Position numbers and translations under genes: made by a program. This document shows, one piece after another, positions 11,155 through 21,088 of a stretch of 64,000 nucleotides of DNA. The notes below the pieces were generated by a model. That model saw only the letters and a list, made by a program, of their open reading frames with translations. It was not told where the DNA came from and searched no databases. The stretch covers positions 426,848 to 490,847 of the forward strand of contig JBNKBE010000001.1 of assembly GCA_050287085.1 (NCBI GenBank), in the 5' to 3' direction. Origin of the DNA: Polyangiaceae bacterium. GTDB lineage: Bacteria > Myxococcota_A > Polyangia > Polyangiales > Polyangiaceae. Numbering within the stretch: the first letter of the stretch is position 1; each line of letters starts with the position of its first letter.

Positions 11155-11487
11155 TTAGATGGCGCGTAGCTCCAGCGTGTTGCCATCGGGATCGCGAACA
11201 ACCGCATAGAGCAGCTTTGGGGAGCCCAGTGTGCGTACCAAGGTGCCGCCCGCCCTCGTGAGCGAGTCGACCACACCCACTAGACCGCTCAACCGTAAGC
11301 CAAGGCGCATCAAACCCGCCTTGCCGTGACTTGGGCAGATCTCGAACTGAATGCCGTCGAGCTGTCCGCGATAGCCTTCAGTGGGGGCAGGCTCGAAGTG
11401 AATCCCCAACGCTTCGTAGAATCGGCGCGACCGCTCCAGATCCGCGGCGCGCAGCACGACCAATTCCAAACGCAACATCCGCATCAT
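11155..11487 (-). CDS. VOC/glyoxalase family protein
   Basis: LVVLRAADLERSRRFYEALG ... VRDPDGNTLEL. Confidence 0.8.
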   Translation of the reverse strand: MMRMLRLELVVLRAADLERSRRFYEALGIHFEPAPTEGYRGQLDGIQFEICPSHGKAGLMRLGLRLSGLVGVVDSLTRAGGTLVRTLGSPKLLYAVVRDPDGNTLELRAI

Positions 11488-11792
11488 ATACGGTCGTTGC
11501 AGAGCTTCGATTAAGGTGGCTCGTTGCCATCCGACAGGTGCCTGATGTTGCCGCACCGAGAAAGTTGGCCCGTGCGCCCTGGACCCGATGCAATAGTTGT
11601 GTGCTCACGCTCGTACTCTTGCTCATTGTCGGCGGTTGGACAGCGTCTCAGTGGACCAAGCCTGGCGTCTTGGGCAGCCGCGTATCTCGCCACTAGGCAA
11701 GCGGAACGCCAAGCCGCCTCCCATTGAGCGCTGAGACCGCTCCGGCCTCTCGGAGTGTCCCTGTCAGCAGATTTGTGGTGCACCGAAGCGAC

Positions 11793-12776
11793 TCACTCTG
11801 CCGCGGTGGGAACGGCGCGGGCGTGCTCAGGCCTTGCTGCCGTAAACGTGTCGTAGCCGTCTCGTCCCATGTACATCTGCAGCAAGCGTCGTTGGGTTTG
11901 GTCGAGCTCGACCACCACAAGCCCGTCCATCGCGTCCTGAAAGCCTGGATCGATACTGAAGGAAAGGAACTTGCCTCCGAGTCGAACGTACTCGCGCACC
12001 AACACCGGCAGCCCCTTGTCGTCAGATTCGAACTCTGAGACGCGCTTGGACAACGCGGCGACGTCCATGACCGACACAACGGCAGCCGCGTCGACCGGAC
12101 GACGCGCCCGCACATAGCTGGACAGCTTGTGACGAAAGCTGCCCGAGTGCAGCACTGATGCGATCAACTGCCGCGATGCATCTGAGTACTGCGCCGATAC
12201 GCTGACCGGACCAAGAAGTGCTCGATAGCGAGGCCTTCTAGCCAGCAACTGACCAATACCACGCCACAATACGGCCAAGCCCCCACCGGCACCTTGATAT
12301 TGGGGACAGACGAATGAACGCCCCAACTCGACCACTGGTGGCAACCGGTCGAGGAGATCCGGCTCATAGTGAAAGAGCTCACGCGTGTACAAGGCGTCGG
12401 AACCCTGCTGGCGCAAGGCCACATCGGTCATGCATAGCCGGTAGGCACCAGCGATACGCCGCAGCTGATTGTCCCAAGCAAAGAGGTGCATGTACCACTC
12501 GTCGTAGCGGTCCAAGTCCCGTGCCGCTCCACTTCCCTCACCGACCGAACGAAAGCACACCTCACGCAGACGCCCAATCTCCAACAGCACCCTAGGCACT
12601 CGCGACTGGGACGCAACGTACACGCTATAACGCCCCGTCGACACCAGTTGCTGATTGCGAGAAAGAGAGGCGATTTCGCGTTCGAGCGCGGCCGCCGGCT
12701 CCGGCGGCGCTATTTCGGCCAAGCGGCGGCAGCTGCGCAAACCATTGTCAGACAGACCCGTATCGGTGACTAGCAT
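11793..12776 (-). CDS. GNAT N-acyltransferase (Acetyltransf_5; OlsB or OlsF C-domain-like, aminolipid synthesis)
   Basis: EIGRLRE, DLDRYD, GAYRL, ELGRSFV, LLGPVSVS, FSIDPGF; AAGGAG RBS before the ATG at 12776. Confidence 0.8.
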   Translation of the reverse strand: MLVTDTGLSDNGLRSCRRLAEIAPPEPAAALEREIASLSRNQQLVSTGRYSVYVASQSRVPRVLLEIGRLREVCFRSVGEGSGAARDLDRYDEWYMHLFAWDNQLRRIAGAYRLCMTDVALRQQGSDALYTRELFHYEPDLLDRLPPVVELGRSFVCPQYQGAGGGLAVLWRGIGQLLARRPRYRALLGPVSVSAQYSDASRQLIASVLHSGSFRHKLSSYVRARRPVDAAAVVSVMDVAALSKRVSEFESDDKGLPVLVREYVRLGGKFLSFSIDPGFQDAMDGLVVVELDQTQRRLLQMYMGRDGYDTFTAARPEHARAVPTAAE

Positions 12777-12982
12777 CTTCCTGTGCTCCTTGCTGAACGA
12801 GCCAGAAAGTGCTGAGCTGAGATGACGCCTGCATGACAACCGAGCGCAGCTCTCGTGACGTCACACAACCTTTGAACGGACTACAGAAACGACGCTAGCG
12901 CGACAAGGCTCCGTCACAGTCGCTCGCAGGCCGTCGTTCCAGGGGGTGGCGGCCGGAAATGACAACGGGTCCAGAGGTCTTG

Positions 12983-13036
12983 GCCTCAGACCTCGGCTCT
13001 ATGCACAATTGCCTCAGACCTCGGCTCTATGCACAA
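12983..13036. repeat. 26-bp direct tandem duplication of the reductase gene 3' end
   Basis: GCCTCAGACCTCGGCTCTATGCACAA at 12983-13008 and 13011-13036. Confidence 0.9.
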
Positions 13037-13997
13037 AGGGGTCGGCAAGAATATCCTGGAGCGAAGCCCCTGCGAGAAAGAGCTGCTTCTTGAGGGCTCG
13101 CACCAGGTCCGCATTCCCACACAGATACGTAGTCTGTTCAGCCAAAGCCGACTTGTTCTCCAGCAAGAGCTCTTCGAGCGGCCGTCGGTCGACCATCAAG
13201 GGCGGGGCAACGGCGAAATCCATGCCGTCGGCGCCCGCGAGACTCAGGGTAATGCGCAGCGTCGGATGCTGCAGCGCGAGCGCCAACAGCTCGTCCATGA
13301 GATAAAACGCATCGGGACTCCGCCCTCCCCACACCAATTCGATGGGGGCGCGATGCTGAGCCGCTAAGGCTGCTCGTACGACCCCTAGCAAAGGCGCGAG
13401 CCCCGTACCCGTGCCGGCAAGAACCAGGCGCCGCTCGGGAGCCCCCGGGAGATAGGTACACTCCCCAAAGGGTCCTCGAATTTCCACTTCAGCCCCCGCC
13501 GCATCGGCAAGCCAACCGCTCATGGCCCCTCCCGGCAGCCGAGCCACGTGAAGCTCCAACCGCTCCCCACCCGGTAGGGAAGCCAGCGAATACGGGCGCA
13601 TCAAGCCGTCTGCTGTGCGCACAAGCTGAACGAATTGTCCCGCCTCGTATTCGAATCCACTGGGACGCTCGAGGAAGACCCGCAAAACTCGAGGGGACAG
13701 GAAGTCCACCGATTGCACCCGCGTGTGATGGGGCTTTGCGACGTCCGTCCTGCTTAACGATAGATCACCCGTGGGTTTACACACGCAGGCCAGGAACAGC
13801 CCACGCTGCCGCCAAGCAGGCTTCAGACCCGCCTGCGCGGCAGCGGGAACATTGCCTGCCGTTGCCCGCATGAGACACGTTTGACAGTTGCCGCTGCGAC
13901 AGAAGGATGGAATCTCGTGGCCCGCCCGTTCGAGACACTCAAGAACCGTCTCACCGGCGCGGAGTTCGTACTCTCTGTCCTCGAAGACAATCGTCAT
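13014..13997 (-). CDS. 2Fe-2S ferredoxin / FAD / NAD(P)H oxidoreductase
   Basis: CRSGNCQTC...LAC (plant-type 2Fe-2S), RPYSLAS (FAD), GTGTGLAP and YLCG (NAD). Confidence 0.9.
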   Translation of the reverse strand: MTIVFEDREYELRAGETVLECLERAGHEIPSFCRSGNCQTCLMRATAGNVPAAAQAGLKPAWRQRGLFLACVCKPTGDLSLSRTDVAKPHHTRVQSVDFLSPRVLRVFLERPSGFEYEAGQFVQLVRTADGLMRPYSLASLPGGERLELHVARLPGGAMSGWLADAAGAEVEIRGPFGECTYLPGAPERRLVLAGTGTGLAPLLGVVRAALAAQHRAPIELVWGGRSPDAFYLMDELLALALQHPTLRITLSLAGADGMDFAVAPPLMVDRRPLEELLLENKSALAEQTTYLCGNADLVRALKKQLFLAGASLQDILADPFVHRAEV

Positions 13998-14164
13998 CTA
14001 GCGTTCCTTCTCGGGCTCGCCCCCAACACACCATGGCTCCCACGCGTGCGTACGGGGCCCGACCCTATCGGGAATGATGTGACCGACCGGCGCGGCCCGC
14101 ACGCGCGCAGAGCCCCGGCAGCGGGAGACTCCTTGCGCTGCGACGCGGCGGGCCATGGCTCAAG

Positions 14165-14530
14165 CTACTGATTCAGTACGTCACCCTTGACGCTCATGGC
14201 AATGGCTGCGGCCTCACCAATGAGCTCGTCGGGCACGCCAAGCTCCTTGAGTGCAGCACCGAGGTTTTCGAGCACTGCGTTGAAGTCGCCTTCGCTGAGG
14301 TTGAGCTTCGCGTGGGCCGCCCGCATGTCCAGCCCCGAGTAGCTGTTGGGCCCACCAAACGCGAAAGTGAGAAACGCCTTCTGCTTGGCGCGCTGTCGGT
14401 CCATGTCGACGGTATCGAAATAGTGGCTGATACGATCGTCGGTGAGGACCTTCCGATAGAATACCTCTACCGCCGCGTTCACGGCGGCCTCGCCCCCAAT
14501 GCGCTCGAACAACGAAGAACTGTCGGTCAT
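14165..14530 (-). CDS. glbN: Group I truncated hemoglobin (GlbN/trHbN)
   Basis: SLFERIGGEAAVNAAVEVFY, QKAFLTFAFGGPNSYSG, MRAAH (proximal His). Confidence 0.92.
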   Translation of the reverse strand: MTDSSSLFERIGGEAAVNAAVEVFYRKVLTDDRISHYFDTVDMDRQRAKQKAFLTFAFGGPNSYSGLDMRAAHAKLNLSEGDFNAVLENLGAALKELGVPDELIGEAAAIAMSVKGDVLNQ

Positions 14531-14760
14531 GTCGGATCCTTTCCTGGGTTCGTTTCGGCTACGCGATCACCTCCGCGAGCGGCGGCATCGACAACTCACG
14601 TAGTCTGTGCCAATTCCAGTATTTGATCTACTGCTTTAAGAGCCCTGCGTCGCGTTGTCGCAAATGGACTCGGCCGCACGGACGTTCGCGCATCGGGAAC
14701 GTCCGCTACGTCGAATTGATACGGGCTATCCATCCTCCCGCAATATTAGCGGCAGGGCCC

Positions 14761-15243
14761 TCATAGACCCGGTGGACATTGAATGGTGATGGGCTGCGGT
14801 GGCGGTTGCCCTGGCAGCGCTGGCGGTGTCCCAGTACAGGTTCCATCTGCGTTCTTGACCACTCCCGGGATGACCGTTGGCGTTGCACTTCCCGCAGGCG
14901 CCGGCTGCGGCTGTGCGGTTGGTGGAAGCGGCGCTTGCGGCATCGGCTGAACGGGTGGGGCGGGTTGGGCCGGCGCCGGAGCTGGCTGAGCTGGGTAGGG
15001 CTGCTGCGGCGGATAGGGTTGTGACGGAGGCGGCTGCTGTCCCGCCGGCGCCGGATACTGCTGATAGCCGGGCTGCGCTGGATAGGGTTGCTGCGGTGGA
15101 TAGGGTTGCTGTCCTGGATAGGGCTGCTGCTGAGGCGGCTGAGCTCCCGGCGGATATTGAGCTGGAGGTTCCTCCTTTGAGCAAGCAGCAATGCAAGCTG
15201 CGGTCAAGACGGCAGAAAGGACGGCACTTGGAAGCAACTTCAT
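14761..15243 (-). CDS. Gln/Pro/Tyr-repeat lipoprotein
   Basis: MKLLPSAVLSAVLTAACIAAC signal/lipobox, QQPYPP-type repeats, C-terminal Cys pair. Confidence 0.7.
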   Translation of the reverse strand: MKLLPSAVLSAVLTAACIAACSKEEPPAQYPPGAQPPQQQPYPGQQPYPPQQPYPAQPGYQQYPAPAGQQPPPSQPYPPQQPYPAQPAPAPAQPAPPVQPMPQAPLPPTAQPQPAPAGSATPTVIPGVVKNADGTCTGTPPALPGQPPPQPITIQCPPGL

Positions 15244-15362
15244 GCGCCGAGTACAGCACGCAGATCCCGCGGTGTCGAGGCTCAATCCTTCGCGAAAGGC
15301 CTTGCCGGCGAGGACGATCACGCGGGGGCGCCCGGCTTGCTGCCGCTAGCTATCGACAACAG

Positions 15363-15953
15363 TCAGTGCCGCCGCGTCGTTCGGGCAATACTCCAGCACA
15401 TCCACCCCCCTGCCAGGCAAGAGACAGCCACAGAGCTGAACCCTAGCGCGCGCGCCAAAGCTCCCAAGGTATCGTCCCAGTCGAGGATCCCCGCGCTTCC
15501 CAGGAGAAACGTCCAATCGTGCACGGGCTCCGACCCCAGGCTGACCAGCGGCAGCGCCTGACGGGTCGCGTCCGCCATGTAGCGGCCGCTCTCAATACAA
15601 GAAAGGCCAAACCACACCATGCACACAGATGCCCCGAAGTAGTCGCGCTGCCGAGCGAGCAGATGCCACGCCGCCACGAGGGGCGCACACCACTGCACCA
15701 GCGAGCCACCCGCAATCGACCACCATTGTCCGAACCAAGAAAAAAGGATGTGTCCCAGCTCGTGTAGACCGAGCGTGATACCCGAGAAGAAGTGACGGTA
15801 GGCGCCGTCAACGCCTAGCCGAATCCCAGCATAGCTGGAGTAAAGCACCACTGCGGCCCGGAGCCGCCAGCCAGTGCGCGTTGCGCACCAGTCGTTGACC
15901 GCGTCGAACGAGAGCAGCAAGCGCTCTCTCATGCCTTCTACGATATCTCTCAT
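15363..15953 (-). CDS. Integral membrane protein, M50-like HExGH motif
   Basis: Several TM segments, LHELGH, GGSLVQ, HDW. Confidence 0.7.
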   Translation of the reverse strand: MRDIVEGMRERLLLSFDAVNDWCATRTGWRLRAAVVLYSSYAGIRLGVDGAYRHFFSGITLGLHELGHILFSWFGQWWSIAGGSLVQWCAPLVAAWHLLARQRDYFGASVCMVWFGLSCIESGRYMADATRQALPLVSLGSEPVHDWTFLLGSAGILDWDDTLGALARALGFSSVAVSCLAGGWMCWSIARTTRRH

Positions 15954-15987
15954 CCAGCCTCGTGCGCAGCGCCTCTCTCGTGCGGAG

Positions 15988-17910
15988 TCAGAGCGCAACT
16001 CCCGCGTCGCCTTCGCTCGGCTCGGGACAAGGCGTACTCGAGTAGTCAGGGTGATCGCTTGGCAGCTCACAGGGATGGCGCCGCACAACACGTGTGCGTG
16101 CCTTGTAGATCACCTGCCGCGCCTGGCGCGTGGTCGTTCCATCCGGATAGGTCAACTGCCGGGCCACATCCACTGTGAAACCACGGTCCCCTGCTTCCGC
16201 AACGACTTCGTCCCCCGGCTCAACATCGACGTCGGCCTCGTACTCGACGGGCATGTCAACAAAGTCGTGGCGCGCTGATACCTCGCGCTTCACAACGCGC
16301 CCTCCATTGTCGCCGTATAGAATCACCTTGATATAGGTGGGACCAAATTGAGTCTTGATCAACAAACCCGCCGCTGTGTCGTTCCTAAAGATGAAGTCCG
16401 GTTTGGGAAATGACACCGTCGCTTCGTGACCCAGAGGATATCGGGTGAAGTAGTAGCTGTGGGGCTGGCGTTCGATAATCTCATAGCCACCGTCAAAGAC
16501 AGCGTTGTAGATCGTCGTCGCGAACTGACTGATACCACCACCTACGGTATCTTGGATTTCCCCCCGTACAATCGTGGGAGCGGGAACAAATCCTGTACCC
16601 GAGCGCCGTTCACCGATCGCGTCGTTCAGAGAAAACGTCTCACCGGGAAGCACGATTGTGCCGTCTATGAGCTCTGCTATCCGATGGATGTTCTTGACGC
16701 GAGGACGGCAACAGGGATGGTAGGTAACGAACTCTGCCACCTTGCCCGCGAGTCCCAATCCGCTGGCCACATCCGTGGTGATGCGCGGCTCCTCTCCTGG
16801 ACGGATCGCGAGCTCTGCTCGACGTTCATCAGCATTCGCCGCAGCCCACACCGAAGCTAGGAAGTCCTCCGTGGCTATTGTCGTTCCGCGCAGATGCGGC
16901 ACAACCTCAAAGCGGTTTCCTCGATGAACTTGTACGAGCGCTGACTTCGGTGCGCGCGTCCAACGCCGCTTTGCCTCGTCCAGCACAACATGCAAGGCGT
17001 CCGGTTCAAAGAATAGGCGCAACTCACCCGGATGCTCCCGATCGGGCGCAGAGCGCAAGCCAGCTGCCAATACGCTCTTGTCAACGACAAGCTCGGCAAG
17101 TTCGGGAGCCGCGGCGCGCTCGGCCGTTGACGACACCTCGCCCAAGACACGCGGAGTCAGACGCAGTGGCCCCTGGAGGAGTTTCTCCGCGCGCTGCTTG
17201 GCTCTCGCAACCCCAGCGTCGTGAGTCTGCGGCGAAATGCTGTCGAGTTCGAGCACGACGACGCCGTTCGGCCTGGCCAAAGCGGATTGCAGGGCATCGA
17301 ACGCGCTCGAACGCCTGATTGCCAGCCCGGCACGCGGCGACTCAGCCTTTGCCCGCCCTCCGACAACACGCACCTGGCCCTCTAGCGGCAACTGAAGCGC
17401 CTCCTGTTCCATGGCGGCAAGCTCCGTCTCCACGCGCGCTTCGTCCAAGGTCACAACATTGGGGATATCGACGCGAGCCCCGAGGCCCACCGCCGCTCCC
17501 AGACGAGCATAAGAGCCATGCCCCTGCCCCACCGCAAGTGCCGCATCGAGCATGTCTTCCGTGACTAGAACAGCCCCCAAATCAACGAGCGGAAGCGCGA
17601 AATCCTGGTCTCCAACCCGCAAGCGGAGCACTTGTTGTGCCAGCTGCAGAGCCTCCGCATTCAGGTGTTGAAGCAGACGCTGGCGCGTCCAACCGCCTAC
17701 TTCGACGCCCCCAATAGCGACGCCGGGCGCTACTCGATCCCCGACGGCCAGGCTCTGGCCCGCGATCAATCCAGCACACGTCGTGAGCACACAGGCGCTC
17801 AACGTGAGACCTATCTGGACTCCGGACCAGGGGCCTCGCAAACGCCGCCAATAGCCTATGCCGAATAACGCAGGCAGGTGCCAACTCTCAAGGCTCCGAG
17901 GCTTTGTCAT
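15988..17910 (-). CDS. VanW-family protein with peptidoglycan-binding (PG_binding_4) and G5-like domains
   Basis: GVAIGGVEVGG, RVKNI, PGETFSLN, GGGISQFATTIYNA, ERQPHSYY. Confidence 0.85.
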   Translation of the reverse strand: MTKPRSLESWHLPALFGIGYWRRLRGPWSGVQIGLTLSACVLTTCAGLIAGQSLAVGDRVAPGVAIGGVEVGGWTRQRLLQHLNAEALQLAQQVLRLRVGDQDFALPLVDLGAVLVTEDMLDAALAVGQGHGSYARLGAAVGLGARVDIPNVVTLDEARVETELAAMEQEALQLPLEGQVRVVGGRAKAESPRAGLAIRRSSAFDALQSALARPNGVVVLELDSISPQTHDAGVARAKQRAEKLLQGPLRLTPRVLGEVSSTAERAAAPELAELVVDKSVLAAGLRSAPDREHPGELRLFFEPDALHVVLDEAKRRWTRAPKSALVQVHRGNRFEVVPHLRGTTIATEDFLASVWAAANADERRAELAIRPGEEPRITTDVASGLGLAGKVAEFVTYHPCCRPRVKNIHRIAELIDGTIVLPGETFSLNDAIGERRSGTGFVPAPTIVRGEIQDTVGGGISQFATTIYNAVFDGGYEIIERQPHSYYFTRYPLGHEATVSFPKPDFIFRNDTAAGLLIKTQFGPTYIKVILYGDNGGRVVKREVSARHDFVDMPVEYEADVDVEPGDEVVAEAGDRGFTVDVARQLTYPDGTTTRQARQVIYKARTRVVRRHPCELPSDHPDYSSTPCPEPSEGDAGVAL

Positions 17911-18970
17911 CGCCCAAGAGCGTTGCCATAATTTGGCGCAGGCAGTCTAGCAATGCCTGCGTATCCGCCTCGGGATCGCGCCCCCCCACTTCAGCAGTCC
18001 AACGCACCAGAACGGATGAATACGGCACCTCCCCAAGCGGGAGATCCACTCCGGGTCCGAGCTCTGCAATGACATGGTAGCCCTCGAGCGTCGAACGCAC
18101 GAGATCAACCCGCTGAGGAAGCAGATAGCCGAGATCGAGCCCGTGCTGTTGACCCAGCGTAAAGAGCATCGGGTCGGTCTTATGTGCCGGCGCTGGCGCT
18201 CCGAACCCAAAACTCACCCGAGGGAACTCTCGCTCGGCAATCGACGCCAAGAGCGGAGCGTAGAGCGCACTATCTCGATCGAGAAAGAGCACACGATATT
18301 GCTTCGGTGCCTTCCGCGCCCCGGTTGTTTGAAAGAGCGTCTCCTCACACAGATTCTTGGCCTGATCCGAAACGCGCTGAAGACGGTGCAAGACCATTCC
18401 CAGCGCGAACGCGTCACCCGCGTCGCACTCAGCGGCCGTGCGCAAGAGCTCGTCGATCAGCGCCGGATAGTCGCGTTCGGAGCGCTTGGCCTTCAGCTTG
18501 GTGCGCCGCGCCAACTCCGCGTCCATGCCCGCCAGCGCGTCCAGCGCCGCGAAAAGAATCTCGCTTGAAGACCGTTCCAGTCGACGATACTCCGCAACCA
18601 GCACGGGCGGGACGGCCCCCCGAGAACGAACAGCCGAGCGCGCAATGCTGGCCGCATAGTCCCCAATCCGCTCCAAGGCAACGCAGCTTCGAGACGCCGC
18701 GATCGCAAACGTGGCGGCAGGCCCCCCCTCGGCACGGAGCCAGCGCTCCACCGTCGTCTCAAGGGCACGCAACTCGCGATTGATGGCCCGGTCGCCGAGC
18801 GCGATCCGAAACGCTGCATCTGCGTCGCGCGACAAGAACGCCTCCACCGCAGCGTGTACCGCTGCCCCGACGTCCCGGCCCACGTGGACGAGCCGCGAGC
18901 GAATTTCTTCTGCCCCAATGCTAGGCACATCGGCTGCGGAGACCATTGCGTTCAGAGTAAGCGTTCCCAA
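17888..18970 (-). CDS. PhoU-domain protein fused to a degenerate LMW-PTP/ArsC-like domain
   Basis: LERIGDYAASIAR and LQRVSDQAKNLCEE PhoU repeats; C-terminal YRVLFLDRDSALY domain; start may be 18946. Confidence 0.75.
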   Translation of the reverse strand: MGTLTLNAMVSAADVPSIGAEEIRSRLVHVGRDVGAAVHAAVEAFLSRDADAAFRIALGDRAINRELRALETTVERWLRAEGGPAATFAIAASRSCVALERIGDYAASIARSAVRSRGAVPPVLVAEYRRLERSSSEILFAALDALAGMDAELARRTKLKAKRSERDYPALIDELLRTAAECDAGDAFALGMVLHRLQRVSDQAKNLCEETLFQTTGARKAPKQYRVLFLDRDSALYAPLLASIAEREFPRVSFGFGAPAPAHKTDPMLFTLGQQHGLDLGYLLPQRVDLVRSTLEGYHVIAELGPGVDLPLGEVPYSSVLVRWTAEVGGRDPEADTQALLDCLRQIMATLLGDDKASEP

Positions 18971-19007
18971 AGGCCTTCGGCCAGGAAAAACTCATTCTGT
19001 GCGCTCG

Positions 19008-20639
19008 CTATGCCAAGGCCCGGTCCGCATTGAGCGGTAGCGTAACGGTGAAGACGGCCCCCCCGGCAGAAGACGACCCCACCGCGATGCTTCCACCGTG
19101 CGCGACGAAGATCTGCCGCACGATCGGCAGCCCCAATCCAGTGCCACTTGTCTTGGTCGTCTTGAAGGGCTGAAACACGTCGAGCCCTGGGGGTAGCCCC
19201 GGCCCGTCGTCGCTGAGTTCAAGCACGACCCGGCGTGCATCAGCGCGCGCGCGGATGTAGAGGTTGCCGCCCTCGGACATCGCCTCGACCGCGTTCTTGC
19301 ATAGGTTGAGGAAGGCCTGAAATAGCTTGTCGCGATCGCCCAACATGGCTGGCAGAGGTCGCTGCAAGTCCCAGTGAACGACTATGTTTCCGGCCGGCTC
19401 GACATGCAACGAAACAACGTCCCGCAACAGCTTCGCAAGTGAAACGGACGCCAACACCAATGGCTGCTTGCGCGACAGCGAGCGAAACTCCTCGAGGAGT
19501 GAGGTCAAGCGCCGCATCTCCGAAACGATGGTGTCCACCGCCGCCAGCGCGGAGTCGGCGCTAGCTAGCTTGGCCACACGGCGCCTCAGTATCTGCGCAT
19601 GAAGGTACATGTTGTTGAGGGGGTTGCCCACCTCATGCGCAAACACCGCCGCCGTAGCCCCCAAGGCCGCCAAACGCTCCTGATCGATCAACTCCTGCTG
19701 CAGCGACGACCGCCGAATGAACTCTGCCAATTGGGCCGCCAGCGCGCCAACAAATGTGCACAGCTCTGGATCTGCGCCCCACGCGGGTTCTTGACCGAAT
19801 AGGAGCAGCAAGCCAAGGCGCTCTTCGCCCTGTGAAATTCCGTGCGCGCACGCCGAGCGAATGGGCGGCGACATACAATCGTAGTCGAGAAACTCCGGGT
19901 CGCAGGGTAATTGATTCAAGGCGCGATCCCCCCCCTCGAACCAGAGCTGTCCAAGCCAACCTTCGCTCGCTTGCCAGGTGGACTTGCGCGTCACCGTGCC
20001 CGCACCGCTGCGCGTCCAATAGGCCACACGGGACAACTCTCCAGGCACGGCAGCTGGGAGCCAGAGTTCTGCAGCCGCCGCGTCCAGGTGTTCAGCCGCC
20101 CTGGCCAAAGCAGGACGGAGTCCCTGGTCCAACGTGCTCGCATTGGCCAGCAGACGAATGCACTCGTATTGAACGCGCAGTCGCTCCTGGCTGCGCGCTT
20201 TCTCAGCCTCGACTCGCGACTCACGATAGGCGCGCTCCACGGTGAGCGGCAGGTCGTGAAACGCAGACTGACTCTTCACAACGTAGTCGAGAGCTCCCGC
20301 TTTCAACACGTCGACGGCAATCTGCTCGTCGCCTTGACTCGTCATCACAACAACGGGCAGTTCCGGCAGCGCCGACATCAAGTCGGTCGCGTGCCCATCC
20401 TTCAGCTTCCAATCCGAGAGCACCACGTGAGGCAAACGCTCTTGCGTGTGGGCACGAGCATCCGCGACCCCCTTTGCGGTGCGCAGCTCAAAGCGGTCTC
20501 CGTGGCGCAAAAAGGCGCGCTGGACCAGCTCCGCGTGGGCTTCGTCGTCCTCGACCAGCAGCACACATAGGGAACCCGGATGCCCTTTGGGTCGATAGCT
20601 AAACTCTGTGGCCTGACGATGACTCGGAAGCAGGGACAA
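19008..20639 (-). CDS. Hybrid REC-GAF-histidine kinase
   Basis: LLVEDD...LSDWKL...YVVK receiver; GAF-like middle; FAHEVGNPL, NLCKNA, DDGPG, GTGLGL. Confidence 0.9.
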   Translation of the reverse strand: MSLLPSHRQATEFSYRPKGHPGSLCVLLVEDDEAHAELVQRAFLRHGDRFELRTAKGVADARAHTQERLPHVVLSDWKLKDGHATDLMSALPELPVVVMTSQGDEQIAVDVLKAGALDYVVKSQSAFHDLPLTVERAYRESRVEAEKARSQERLRVQYECIRLLANASTLDQGLRPALARAAEHLDAAAAELWLPAAVPGELSRVAYWTRSGAGTVTRKSTWQASEGWLGQLWFEGGDRALNQLPCDPEFLDYDCMSPPIRSACAHGISQGEERLGLLLLFGQEPAWGADPELCTFVGALAAQLAEFIRRSSLQQELIDQERLAALGATAAVFAHEVGNPLNNMYLHAQILRRRVAKLASADSALAAVDTIVSEMRRLTSLLEEFRSLSRKQPLVLASVSLAKLLRDVVSLHVEPAGNIVVHWDLQRPLPAMLGDRDKLFQAFLNLCKNAVEAMSEGGNLYIRARADARRVVLELSDDGPGLPPGLDVFQPFKTTKTSGTGLGLPIVRQIFVAHGGSIAVGSSSAGGAVFTVTLPLNADRALA

Positions 20640-20650
20640 TGAGCGACACC

Positions 20651-21088
20651 CTAGTGATTGGAACAGGACTCGGGTCGACGATTCCAGGAAAGCCAGAAAC
20701 TGTTAAGGTCGCGCAGCAAGCGAGCAAGCTCCCGCGGGTCCGGAGGCTTTACCAGATACGCGTTGGCGTGGTGATGGTAGGCACGGGCCAGGTCTACCTC
20801 GGCCTCTGACGTGGAAAGAATTACGACCGGCAAGACGCGAAGCTCCTCCGACTCCTTGACGCGACGCAATACCTCGAGACCATCTACACGAGGAAGACGC
20901 AGGTCGAGCAAGACGATGTCCGGACGACGCCTCGCCTGCGAGTCGAATAGGCGCTCGATCGCGGTCTCTCCGTCGCGCAGGCGCTCCAACTCGCAATCAG
21001 CGTCCGCACGCTGAAGGGCACGCTTGAACAACTCAGCATGGTCGTCGTTGTCCTCTACGAGCAACAAGAGCGGCAAGGGCGGCGTCAA
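20651..21088 (-). CDS. Single-domain response regulator (Rcp1-like)
   Basis: LLVEDNDDH, LLDLRLPRVDG, LSTS, ANAYLVKP, FW. Confidence 0.92.
   Translation of the reverse strand: MTPPLPLLLLVEDNDDHAELFKRALQRADADCELERLRDGETAIERLFDSQARRRPDIVLLDLRLPRVDGLEVLRRVKESEELRVLPVVILSTSEAEVDLARAYHHHANAYLVKPPDPRELARLLRDLNSFWLSWNRRPESCSNH

Noticed and set aside
13998..14156. 52-codon minus-strand ORF between the globin and the reductase ending TAG-ATG
   Set aside because: Arg/Ala-rich, no motif; coding status cannot be supported.
14622..14636. FNR box upstream of the globin
   Set aside because: Only a TTGAT half-site; the second half is absent.
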